Under the pieces are notes generated by a model that was not told the DNA's origin, searched no databases, and worked only from the letters and a program-made list of their open reading frames with translations. Source: Amphiscolops sp. MND2022 (Eukaryota). From it: a stretch of DNA of 64,000 nt. A program made the translations under genes and the position numbers. The DNA lies in the NCBI GenBank assembly GCA_964187785.1, contig OZ076412.1:56420001-56484000 (forward strand), read 5' to 3'. Numbering within the stretch: position 1 is the stretch's first letter; every line of letters begins with the position of its first letter. This document shows, one piece after another, positions 50,901-61,760 of the stretch.

Positions 50901-52125
50901 TCAGAATTATTGAATTTAGGAGACAAAGAGAGTTGGAGGAAAAATCATTAGGCGAAGAAGTTGACGATGACTTCATTGAAACTGAAGTCGAACAAACAAA
51001 CGAAGCAGAAAGGAACGAACAGAGAGAAAATTTTCAAGAGGAAAACCCTGAGACAGCTGATCCACACAATGATGCCATAATCGTTTAAGAAAATACTAAC
51101 GAGAGACCGTATAGCGAGTGTTCAATAAGGACGTAAGTAGCAATCAAAGAGATAACTTGTCGACCGAAACAATTAAACCAAAAAATCAAAACAAATAATG
51201 AAAAACATTCCACCTCATAGAGAAGAAAGCACGCGTATCCGAACCGTACCATAACGCTTTGCTGACTACTTTGTGGATAACCCTGATAACGACAATTTCG
51301 ATACGTTTTTACTTCGGCAAACAAGTAAAGCACAATGGCAAAAGGAAGCAAACCTAACAAAGAGAGTAAGCAGGCACTAAAGTTCTGCGCGTTCATGGCA
51401 ATCTGTTGGAATGTCACAATGAGCGAAGAAATAAGAACAGTGGGATATGACTTGGCCCAGATTTTGACAACATCAGTGTTTTCGCTTTCTGAACAACAAG
51501 CTGGATGTCCTCGAGATTCGAGAGCAAGAAGGAACGTAACGAAGGCTACGATTTTTTCTCATGAAATCAATAAGGAATTAGAGCGATGTTTATGAAGAGG
51601 AAAGGGCGTGGAATTGGCTATGCACTTCCCACGTCTTGGAGAAACAATGGTTGTTTGTGTTATGGTCAACGAACGTCTAGCAATAGGTAAGGTTTACGCC
51701 AATAAAAGAATTCATATGGACAAGTTGCTAATCACTTGGGAAAATCTTTGGTAAAGAACATTCAAGGATTGACATTTTGGAGGTTTTTGAATATGATTTT
51801 GTTGTTTACCTGACGGAAAAACAACGGAATGTAATGGTCAAAACTGGTTACCATATTGGAGGCGAATGAAAAAGTCGAGTTCTGTGGGCTGAAGAGTACT
51901 TAATTGGCGGATTTCATTAACACTGACAAACAGAAAAGATTCGCACTTGAAATGGATAATTCGCCCACGATAATATGCAACAAAACTGTGTATCCTACAA
52001 AAATACAAAACATTTACGTCATACTTGAAAACTGGGATTCAGCAATTCAGGAATTGGATAAGGCTATATCAAAAAATGAATCCTTGGAGGAACAACTCCA
52101 GTCAGGGGAGAAGCATATCAACACT
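46254..52125. repeat. Tandem duplication 2 (46254-49339 and 49340-52125)
   Basis: RNaseH end, integrase and the 3' accessory region are repeated. GGGA microhomology at 46254, 49340 and 52126. Copy 2 has a ~265-bp internal deletion near 51585. Confidence 0.93.
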
Positions 52126-52535
52126 GGGAGCGAGAAGAGCAGCGGGAGAAAATTCTCGAACTTGCGCGAGAAAAAATACGAAGGCTAGGGAAAGATCTCG
52201 AGCGCCAAAAGATACTTGTGAAGAGTGAGAGACACAATGCCAGAGTAACGGAAAAGTTTATTTGGGAGCTGAAACACGAAAACTTCATACAACGTCCGTT
52301 CACACCCTGATAATTTGTTTGTAAAGGATGACGCAGATGTGGAGGATAACAAGCGTAACTACAAAAAATAGCTGCTTTAACTCATCCTGACAATGATGAA
52401 TGTGAGGAACACTTCAAAACAATCCATAAGGCCTATCATGTTCTGAGGAACCAGAATGCAAAAAACATCTACGACACATTCGGGTTAGACAGGGCAGAAG
52501 AAGAGTTAACCCGGAAGGCTGATTGGAGTGAATAG
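51335..52535 (+). pseudogene. Accessory ORF 3' of integrase ending in a coiled coil plus DnaJ J-domain with HPD (J-domain 52300-52495)
   Basis: After two compensating 1-nt indels: DNLFVKDDADVEDNKRNYKK-LAALTHPDNDECEEHFKTIHKAYHVLRNQNAKNIYDTFG, HPD at 52383-52391, stop at 52533-52535. The upstream part is also present at 48267-49339. Confidence 0.75.
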
Positions 52536-52892
52536 CTGAAATGAACTGCTAACTTTATAATTTTCCTTGTACTTTTGGTTTGTGAAATAAAAAAATTGTA
52601 AAAAGTATGCAGACATAGTTGTCTATGTGGGAATCACCTAGGAAGGGGGTAATTACTGTGTGATCACGTGAAAAAAAGACAAGGTAAGAGTCAACTGTTG
52701 ATTGATAATAAACATGTCAAGTTTGACAAATTCTAGAACTAGCGGGTATCTGTAGGCACCGTTTCAATTTTTTACGGTGCAGAAATTATGTGTTTATAGA
52801 CAATTGTGGTGCTGATTTTGGAGTTTAAGCATGCATTCGTCAATTGGGACATCATCTCTTACCTGCCTGAGGTTTTTGTTGTGAAGTCTCAG

Positions 52893-53646
52893 ATGCCTTC
52901 TGGAGTATTCCGGGTGGAAGGCCTAGTCAGCAAAACTCGGAAAGTTACGGCAGCTGACATCCGCTATCCAGTGACGCTGTTTAGGAGAGCTGAGATTGAC
53001 GAGGCAGGGCTGCCAGTACTGCGAAACAAAAATGCTGAACCGATGACGGAACAACAATCTCTTGTTTTTCAGCTGGATGCTCTAAAAGCTGAGATCCTCA
53101 GTTGGCAGAAGAAAGCAGACATCATTGGCTGGCAACTAGAGCTCTGGAAGGAAGCAGCAAACGAGAGGCAACAAGCCTTGACTGAGTACAAGGAAACTTC
53201 GAAGAAATTGAGGCGACAAGTGGACAGCATTGAGGTCAACTATGTTGCAGTGATAAGAGACTTAGAGGAGAGTCGCAGTCGAGAGCAAAATTTAGTGGAG
53301 GAGCTGCAGTTGCAAGGCGAAGCTATCAATGGTCTCAAGCGGGACCTGGAAGCCGGAGAAACCTTCAAAATGGGCGAGAAGCTGACGCTGTACGACCAAC
53401 TTATGGTGTCGTCCAGTGTTTCAGTCGAAGTCATCGCAAAACGATTAAAAAAAACTAAGCCTGCTCTGCGACCCAGATCATGGAGGCTCCCACGACGTGT
53501 TTGTTTGGCTTCAGAGGGTCCACTGGATACTAAGTGATCCCGAAGCAAGACTCCACAAATCCAGCATTTACGCAATCCCTGATCTGGTTTCACAAAAAGA
53601 TGGCACTTTTTTGATGCACAAGTCATCATCTCATGAATATGTTTAA
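52893..53646 (+). pseudogene. Coiled-coil protein with a C-terminal J-domain-like region (HPD changed to DPD); one extra A in the A8 run at 53447-53454
   Basis: ATG 52893 and a heptad-rich coiled coil, then LYDQLMVSSSVSVEVIAKRLKK/LSLLCDPDHGGSHDVFVWLQRVHWILSDPEAR after a +1 shift; stop at 53644-53646. Confidence 0.65.
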
Positions 53647-53700
53647 CTTTTCTACGGCATTGCTATATTTATACCTTTTTTGGACAATGTTTTCCATCTC

Positions 53701-54202
53701 GGGTGGTTGTAAAAAGGTCGAACTTTTCTGGTCGAAAGGACAGAGGTCGAACCTTTTGATCGATTAGCAGGGATCGAAGGGAACGCGGTTGAATTTGATC
53801 GAAACCTTCTTGTCGAAAACGTCATTTATTTGCCTCAACTCGATTGACTATCACAATGTGGGGCATATGCTGTGTATGCACGCTCGCCCTCACTGTCGCA
53901 AAGACCAGCCCTCGCTACGATCGCTTCGCGATCTCCGTTCCCGCTAGGTCTTTGCTCTTGTTCGACCTCGCTTAGCAAGATGGGAACATAAGAGGCCACA
54001 AAGGGCACTAGAGGAAATGGGGACATATCCGAGACACGTTTTATACTTTTCTAGAAAATTCTATCTGCGGCAATTCGATTTGTTTCCCAAAATTCAAAAT
54101 TTCGATCCGAGTTGTTTCGATCACATTCAAAAATTTGGTATGTCGACCCGAGGACTAACTCTGATTTTCGATCCCGTTCCTTCGACTTATTTCTGCCCAC
54201 CC
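53701..54202. repeat. Composite short interspersed repeat (modules A 53701-53812, B 53870-54035, C 54095-54202)
   Basis: Each module has an inverted copy: B' 55765-55937, C' 56150-56258, A' 56405-56500. Confidence 0.8.
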
Positions 54203-54319
54203 TTCCACCTCTACTTTTTTGATGACAGGAATAATTCGAACTGACTCTTCTATGTAAATATGGTAAATAGCCACTTGGCCTGATAACATTTGACTGAAAA
54301 ACACTAAGTTGAAAAACCC

Positions 54320-55470
54320 AATTTACTCTACCCGAACTACTGTACTTTCTTCGCACCAGCCCTTGCTTTGAAGAGTTGGATCTCTTACAGCAATATGATT
54401 CCATTATCCGCGAATCCTTGTCCAAAATCGGCTGTCAATTTCAATGAAAGCAGCTACACTCAGGCGATTCTCCCTGTCTCCAAAGGGGCATAGGCATTGC
54501 ATCGGCTTCCCAGATTGCTCTTCCTGCTTTTTTAGCTTCAGCAACGGGCGCCAAATGTGCTCTGTCTTGTATCCTTCCGGAAGACTATGTTGATGCATCG
54601 TTTGAAATGGCATTAAAATTGTGGCTGACGAAGGAAAACCTATCAGAAGCACCGTCGGACTTAACCAAAAAACATTTGGACGTCTCCTTTGAGTGATGCT
54701 ACTTTTGATCAACTTATAACAGACCTTGATGTGGAAAATGTCAAAAGATTGAACGCTTACCAAGACCCCTCTGGTTCCGCTTGGCTGAATGGTGTACCAA
54801 GCAAAGATCTCGGTCTGAAGTTAACAGATTAGCAACTGCGCATCTCGTTATCCCTTCGCCTCGGCGCGAAAATTTGCGAGACGCACTTGCCGCTGTGGTA
54901 AACTTGTCGAAGAAAACGGACAACAAGGTCTTTCCTGTGCCAGAAGCGCGGGACGTTTCTCAAGGCACCACAACCTTAATATTCTAGTGAAACAGGCGCT
55001 GAGTTCCATCAAAGTTCCCTCAATTCTGGAAGCAAATGGACTGACCCGAACTGACGGAAAGCGCCCAGACGGAAATACCCTTGCGCCCTGGGAGGAAGGC
55101 AAGCAATTAGTTTGGGATGTTACTTGTGTCGAGCTTCTTGCCCTCGGCAGAATAGAGAACGGATCTGTTGCCAACCCAGGCACAGCCGCTGAGGATGCAG
55201 AGGAATTGAAAACAGCTAAGTACGTTTGTTTGACTGACAAAAGGATACATCTTCCAACCCTTAGCGTTTGAAATTCAAAGAGGAGTCGGACCTTCCGCGT
55301 CCACGTTCTTGAAGAACCTGTGTAAAATTTGTGCGTGTTCAACCAGGAAAATAGGACCGGGTGGTTTTTCAGGCAGAGACTTTCTCTCGCAATCCAGGCA
55401 GGCAATGCGGCCAGTGTAGTTGGAACGGTTCGGGACGAAGACCACTTAAGCGAACTTTACTACTTGTGAA
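54320..55470 (+). mobile_element. CRE-clade non-LTR 3' part with restriction-like endonuclease
   Basis: LLYFLRTSPC, ALPAFLAS, SAWLNGVPS, RHHNLN, GKRPDG..PWEEGKQLVWDVTC, AIQAGNAASVVGT. Confidence 0.88.
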
Positions 55471-55542
55471 TCTGTGTTCAATGACCGTTTTGTTTAATCA
55501 AGAAAATTATGTGTTCTTTGCATCATAATCGTTACGAGCCAT

Positions 55543-55690
55543 GTAAATCCGCTAGGTGACTAGGTGAGCTAGGTACTGGGTAACTAGGTAAAATTTGACT
55601 AGTTGACTGGGTATTTTATTTTTGAAATACTGGGTAACTAGGTAAAATTTGACTAGTTGACTGGGTATTTTATTTTCTAAAACTGGGTAA
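55543..55690. repeat. CTAGGT/ACTGGGT-rich array with a 51-bp unit x2; inverted motifs at ~56095-56150
   Basis: TACTGGGTAACTAGGTAAAATTTGACTAGTTGACTGGGTATTTTATTTT occurs twice. Confidence 0.75.
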
Positions 55691-55764
55691 ATCTTTTCGA
55701 AATACTTTTGTCGAAGTAATTGCGTCGATGCCATCGCAAATGTAAAATGGTCAAACAATGTTTT

Positions 55765-56930
55765 GGCTGTCGGATATGCCCCATTTCCTCTAGTGCCCCG
55801 CGGCCCCTTGGGGCCGCTTTTGATTCCATCTTGCTAAGCGAGGTCGAACAGGAGCAAAGACCTAGCGGGAACGGAGATCGCGAAGCGATCGTAGTGGGAG
55901 CTGGTCTTTGCGACAGTGAGGGCGAGCGTGCATACACCCTATATGACCCCATATTTATTTATATGACCCCATATATTAATTTATAAGGTCCAAGTTTCGT
56001 CTAAAACCAGATAGTTTTGATCTATGTCGTCGTTAATTGTCTCAATTTACAATTTTCTGACCATTAGTTTCGCTAAGTGTCTCAGAATTTAATTCACCTA
56101 GTCGATTTTCTTGAAAAACCTAGTAAATTTTCCACCCAGTAACGATTTACCGGGTGGGCGGATGTAGGTCGAAGGAACGGGATCGAAAATCAGAGTTAAT
56201 CCTCAGGTCGACATACCAATTTTTTGAATGGGATCGAAACAACTCGGGTCGAAATTTTTATAACGTAGTCAGATATGTTCACATACCTCTAGTGCCCTGA
56301 ATGCAGGAGCGAAGCGACGCGGAGCGACGTGCCATATGGCCATGCCTCAATGTTGCTACTTGGCGAAGGGAGCGAAGCGACCGAGCCATTCAACAAATAC
56401 GATAAAATTCGACCGCATTCCATTCGATCCCTGCAATTCGATCAAAAGGTTCGACCTCTGTCCTTTCGACCAGAAAAATTGGACCTATTTACAGCCACCC
56501 CGATTTACCTAGTCAACTAGTTGATTTCTCACACTCAATCCTTACCTTGTCACGAGCCTCATTGAGTTTCTGAATTGAAATGTTCTCGATCCATTGAACT
56601 CTCAGGTTGCATGATCTCGTTTCTCAATTCTTTTTGTTTCCTATCTTGGTTGGAGTTTTCGTCTGTCGCCCGCGCTGGGGGCACATAATGAATAAAGAAG
56701 CGTTTTTTTAAAACGCTGATTGATGACGATCCAATTCTGATATACCGTAGTTGAAAACGCGTGGCATATTTTGTCGAAATTATTATTATGACACAGCTAT
56801 GTTCACATACCCCCTAGTGCCCTAAATCCAGAAGCGTAGCGGAGTAACGTGCCTGACAAATGACCATGTTTAAAATTTGCTACTTGGCCAGGGAAGCGAA
56901 GCGACCAATCCATACAACGAATATGCTAAG
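55765..56930. repeat. Inverted copies of modules B, C and A, plus two related CTAGTGCCC...GCGAAGCGAC repeats (56270-56400, 56795-56930)
   Basis: Direct reverse-complement matches to 53701-54202; shared CCTCTAGTGCCC start motif. Confidence 0.7.
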
Positions 56931-57339
56931 CATTCCGTAACATTTTTCGTTTTTAAAACTTTTTGTTGGAAATTCCATTCATTTTCGGTCTTTAATAAGT
57001 TGTTTTTAGCCATTGCTTGAGTTAGAATGGACCTGGCTTAATTTTGTGGTCATTTGGCCTAAAAATATTCAGCAAAATGACTCGAGAAAAAAATCAGCCG
57101 AATGACTTTAAGCCAAGTGACTTGTAACCGTAAATATTGCATTTAGACGTTGTTCCCGCGCCCCGTTTCTACCGAGTAACTTGAGATCGGTTCTCAGGCA
57201 ATTGATAAGGTTTCTGCCAATAATTTCAAGCAGAACCTCACCGTTGCCAATGGGCCTCACTTCCTGGTGTTTGCTATGAAGGTCATGTGCTATTTTCAGT
57301 TCAGCTGGATAAAATTCTCATATTTGTCTGAACAGCTGT

Positions 57340-57571
57340 TTTCACGCGTGTTTTTTAGCCGGCGCTTTTCGTAGAAAACACAGACTATAGCAGTGACTTT
57401 TTGCACATGACGAAGTCAATGTGCATTGCAGTCCAGCTAAGGAAGTTTTTTTTCCACTATAGTCAACTTCATAATGAGCGCCTTTTAGAAAAAAGCCAAA
57501 ACCCCAGAGAGATTCGAACCTGCAGCCTCCCGATTGCACGGCATAAGTGTTGACCACTGTGCCATGGGGAC
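57340..57571 (-). mobile_element. tRNA-derived SINE-like element (head 57500-57571)
   Basis: Minus strand A-box TGGCACAGTGG and B-box GGTTCGAATC at tRNA spacing; acceptor and anticodon stems imperfect. Confidence 0.55.
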
Positions 57572-57636
57572 GTTATTGAACAAAGTTGAACTGTTGAATA
57601 TATACGCATGCAATTAAAATAATATATATACGCATA

Positions 57637-58779
57637 CAGGGACTGCGATACATATCGATAGTATCGAACGATAGTATCGATATATCGATACTCGATACCG
57701 ATACTTTTGAGAGCGACGATACTTCGATACCGATACCGATACCAATTTCCCAAAATTTTTCCTGATAATAATGATTAATTCATAATAATATTCAACTATT
57801 CAAATACACCTAAACATTTGTCATCTATTTCAGATAACCGAATGGAATCAGATTTGAGCTCTGATGATGAGGTAACAACAATCGGTGCAGGTGATTCAGA
57901 TGTGGAACAAATAAACTCTGGCGGTGATTGGCGGCTACCGATAAAAGAAACCGATGTTAACAAAATATACAGGGTAATACGCCACTGAAGTTAGTTGCTG
58001 AGAATGCAACAAGATGGAACAGTCTCTTTGACATGCTTGAACGTTTCGTGTCTTTGAGAAATTCAGTCGAGCTCATTGTTGACTTGCATGATTTTGATTG
58101 GGCCAAGGTCTCTGAGTTGATCAATCTGTTAAAGCCTCTTAAGGAATGTACCATGGATCTACAAGATTCGAAGGCTAATGTAAAAACAGCAGTTAGTATC
58201 CTTAAATTCCTAAGACAGAAATCTTTGAGTAATGATTTGCTGGGAAAAGCGATTAAGACAGTTTGGGACAAGTGGATCCGCCCAAATCAAGTGGCTGATG
58301 CGCTGTTACACGGTGATGGCACCTTCTACGACTACATAAGACGTAAGAAAATGCCAGTTGTTGAGGACACAGAGCACTCATATGGAGCTGATGCCAGTTC
58401 AAGTTATAAAACTTTTAAGGACCAATGTCAAAATTCCAGTGAATTTGATATAATAGACGCGCTCGATGGGTTTATTCCTGCAAATGTCGACGCAGAGCGT
58501 CTTTTTTCTTGGGGACGGCTCTCCAAGAACTATTTGCAATGCCAAATGAGCCCTGATAACCACTCACGAAACGTGTTTTTGAATAAATGCCAACACTTGA
58601 TATGATGTAAGACGTGATGTTAATTTAAATGTTTCCGATACTTTTTCTCCGTTTTTTGATAAAACGATACTTTTTTTCGATACCGATACCGAATTTCAGA
58701 TTGAAACGATTCCGATACCGATACTTCAAAAAAACGGACCGATACCGATACCAGAAATAGGGTGGTATCGTACTCCCTG
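57637..58779 (+). mobile_element. Internally deleted hAT DNA transposon, 1143 bp
   Basis: 15-bp TIRs CAGGGACTGCGATAC / GTATCGTACTCCCTG (2 mismatches), perfect 8-bp TSD TACGCATA (57629-57636 and 58780-58787), many subterminal CGATAC motifs. Confidence 0.95.
57970..58605 (+). pseudogene. hAT transposase C-terminal remnant
   Basis: ENATRWNSLFDMLERF and the dimerisation-domain motif PANVDAERLFS. Confidence 0.9.
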
Positions 58780-58914
58780 TACGCATATTAAAATAATCGA
58801 TGTCTTCGTCATGTGTTGCGAAGCACCGCTTCGCCTCTGTGTTTTAAAGACCAACGAACTGACAGATATTATAAGCTTTATAAGCTGACTTGCGTTAACA
58901 CTAAACTGTGCCAC

Positions 58915-59370
58915 ACTACTACTGGCACTTGGCATAGAGGTTATTTAGGTTTTTTGAGGTTTGCCAAACAGAAAGGACGTGGGTTCGAGTCCCGCCCTTG
59001 ACCAATTTTTTTTGTGCAGGTTATTTCGGCTTTGTGAGACTTTTCGCAATTTTTTTAATGTCTCAAAAGGGTCTCCCTTCAATTTTTTCTATTTTGCAAA
59101 AGAATGGATGTTCAAAAACTCTCAAAGGGCCCCTTTTACATTTTTCGGCACTATGCGATTTACCGGAGACCAAAAAAATTCGACAAATTTCGAAAAAAAA
59201 TCGGAATTTTTTTTCAATTTTTTCCTAATGCGGGTACTGTAGAAGAGAATACTTTTTTCATTTTTTTTCATAAAAGGGTCTCTAATTCACCAATATTTTG
59301 ACATTTTGAAGTCCTTTCGCCATTTTTGACCCTTAGATATGGCGACGACTTTGGCCGTTCCCGGCTTGTT
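58915..59370 (+). mobile_element. Short interspersed repeat with tRNA-like head and hairpin-like 3' end
   Basis: A-box-like TGGCATAGAGG, B-box GGGTTCGAGTCCC, T-rich body, ends GCCGTTCCCGGCTTGTT. Confidence 0.45.
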
Positions 59371-59809
59371 CTTACATGCTATTTCTCCAAATTTTGTTAA
59401 CAAGAGGCTGCTCTATCATTATTCTTTTGAGTAAGTCTTGAATGAGGTTGAAACCTCGGAATGGGAAACTTAGTATCCGGTTTCTATCTGATCTCTCCAC
59501 GTTTGAGGCAGATCCGGAAGTTTCATGGATGCAGTTGGAAACAAAATTGATCTAAATTGCAAGTTTTTTCCTATGGGCAATTTTTCAATGTCGCAATTTT
59601 TGTCGTAATTTTTGTGTTATTTAAGTCTTGACTACTCATTTGCGCGAGTAACGTCTGAGGATTTTAACATGTAGAGAAATGACGTCTAAAATGCAACGTA
59701 TGAAGATGATGAATGAGCATGACTTGGCATTAGACGTTATTCCAGTTGTCCATTTAGGCATTGTTTCATTGTGTTTCCTGCTCACCTTCACTACCACGTT
59801 TTTTCAGAG

Positions 59810-60122
59810 ATGAGTGCGGTTCGAAAATTTTGGCTGAGTCTAGCTCGTCATGACAGCAGCAACCGACTGTTAGCATCCATGGCCTCCTCTGTTGTAGTCA
59901 GACAGACTCGATCATCCGGAAATTTGCCCCGTAGGTTTTGGGAAGGACGCAGAAAATTGTTTTCCTTGCCTGCATTAGGTAGTTTTGCAGTTGGGTGTGC
60001 TATGTTGGTTGCATATGCTTACAGAAAAGAAACACAGAGAGCGGAGAAAAAACAACAGAAGGAAAAGTTTAATGAAAAAAATAGAAACAAGCTTGGATTT
60101 TTCCAAGCAACGGACACTAAAG
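59810..60122 (+). CDS. SCO1: SCO1/SCO2-family cytochrome c oxidase copper chaperone, coding exon 1
   Basis: ATG 59810, Arg/Ser-rich presequence-like N-terminus, single TM segment (LPALGSFAVGCAMLVAYAY), donor AG|GTGAGT at 60123. Confidence 0.85.
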
Positions 60123-60226
60123 GTGAGTGGACTGCTAGTTGATACCTACACCAAAATCGTTGATGTGCACTTTGCCTCTATGCTATACAGTTTGGCCTGT
60201 AATTTCACAATGTTAATTTTGCACAG

Positions 60227-60720
60227 GTCACAGCGTTACTGACAAAAACTTCAAAAATCAATGGCTGTTGGTGTACTTCGGTTTCACTAATTGTCCGGAT
60301 ATCTGCCCCGAAGTATTGGATAATTTGTCCGCCATGATTGATCGATGCCAAGATGCTTCTATTGAATTGCAACCCATTTTCGTCACAGTTGACGCTTACC
60401 GCGATGACTGGAAGCGCATTAAACGATACCTCCAAGATTTCCACCCTAAGTTCATTGGACTAACAGGGTCGCAAAAAGAACTGAACAGATTGTATTCCAC
60501 TTTCGGAGTTTATGCTCGATCTAACCCCAGTGATGATGATGGTGATTATATCGTTGATCATACCATAATCACTTACCTGGTCAGTCCAGACGGCCGAGTG
60601 CTCGAATTGTTCACAAAAAGTCAAGATCAGGATCAAGTTTTTAACCTCATTTGTAAACATCATAAAAGTTACAAACCAATTGATACTGCAGCAAAGCCTT
60701 ACAGCGCTGATTTTCTATAA
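60227..60720 (+). CDS. SCO1: SCO1/SCO2-family protein, coding exon 2
   Basis: Acceptor TTTTGCACAG. QWLLVYFGFTNCPDICPE (CxxxC), PIFVTVD, FHPKFIGLTGS, DYIVDHTIITYLVSPDG (Cu-ligand His). Joined CDS is 807 nt, 268 aa. Confidence 0.95.
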
Positions 60721-60945
60721 TATTCTTATTTCACCAGTGAATCTTATTAATTAACAGAGTTTTTGAAATTGACGAATCTGTTTTTGTCATGTTCGCTTTT
60801 CGGTAATGGCATGATTTGGAAGAGAGAGCCATGGTGACAGGTACTTTCGTATTGTATGATGAGATCTTTTTGTCTGATGGATACTCGATCGAAAGACCAC
60901 TGTATTGGCTTTCAAATCCACAATTTATCGCTTAGTTAAGTCTTG

Positions 60946-60999
60946 TAGAATTTATATTTCCAATAGAATTTATATTTCCAATAGAATTTATATTTCCAA
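60946..60999. repeat. 18-bp tandem repeat x3
   Basis: TAGAATTTATATTTCCAA x3. Confidence 0.9.
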
Positions 61000-61617
61000 A
61001 GATTAAGATTGACTTCTTTTCGGCCGTTTTTTTAAGTTTTCCGTCAGCTGGAATATTGTAACGTTGTCAACCTCAATTTTTCTTACAAATATACCGTGAC
61101 AGTTTTTTTCATAGCTTCTAGTCTAACTCTCAGCAAAAAGGGGAACATAGAGGGCTGTGAAAAAGAAATAGGGCATAGGAAGCGTTCTAGTGACCTTCCA
61201 GTGCAACTTGTTCAAAAACAACTCAGAATAGCCTGTTTTTTTTTGTAGAAATGAAACTTTCTTAGAACTTAGATCTAGTTTTAAAAGATTTTTGTTTGAA
61301 CTGCTGAAAGAGCGGGCTCTACTCGGCCGACCAGTTTGTATTTTGATGAAGACTGAATCATAAACCAATGATCTGACAACGGCCACCCTGGTAAAATGAC
61401 TATGTGGTATTTTGACATGTAACCAGCAAATTCATTTCTGTAATAGAACAAACGTTCAGGTTAATTTTCAGATCAATTTTGTATGTAGGAAGCATCTTGT
61501 CTAGAAAGGGTTTTCTCAAAGGGTCTAAATTTTCAGATTAATCATTGTAAATACGAATGAGTCCCTGGAGACGCGGCGGAGCTTAGACTGCTTGGCGTGC
61601 GTGCCTTCAACGTGAGA

Positions 61618-61760
61618 ATGAGCAACGGCGAGTCAGCGAGAAGGCCTCGCAAGGTCAATGCCCGGTCACAGCTGCTGAGTGAACATGAGAATGAGTTGCT
61701 ATTCACTCTAGTCGGTCCCAATGGCGTCGCGCAGGCAACTGCTGTCGTTCGTGCTTACAG
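61618..61760 (+). CDS. WASP: WASP/N-WASP-family protein, coding exon 1
   Basis: MSNGESARRPRKVNARSQLLSEHENELLFTLVGPNGVAQATAVVRAY matches the N-WASP pre-WH1 segment (NVGSLLLTPQENESLFTFLG...SAVVQLY). GT donor at 61761. Confidence 0.85.

Noticed and set aside
53447-53455. Programmed -1 frameshift at AAAAAAC
   Set aside because: Restoring the J-like frame needs +1, not -1; a homopolymer indel (mutation or sequencing error) is simpler.
57500-57571. Functional tRNA gene
   Set aside because: A and B boxes are present but the acceptor and anticodon stems do not pair properly; better explained as a SINE head.
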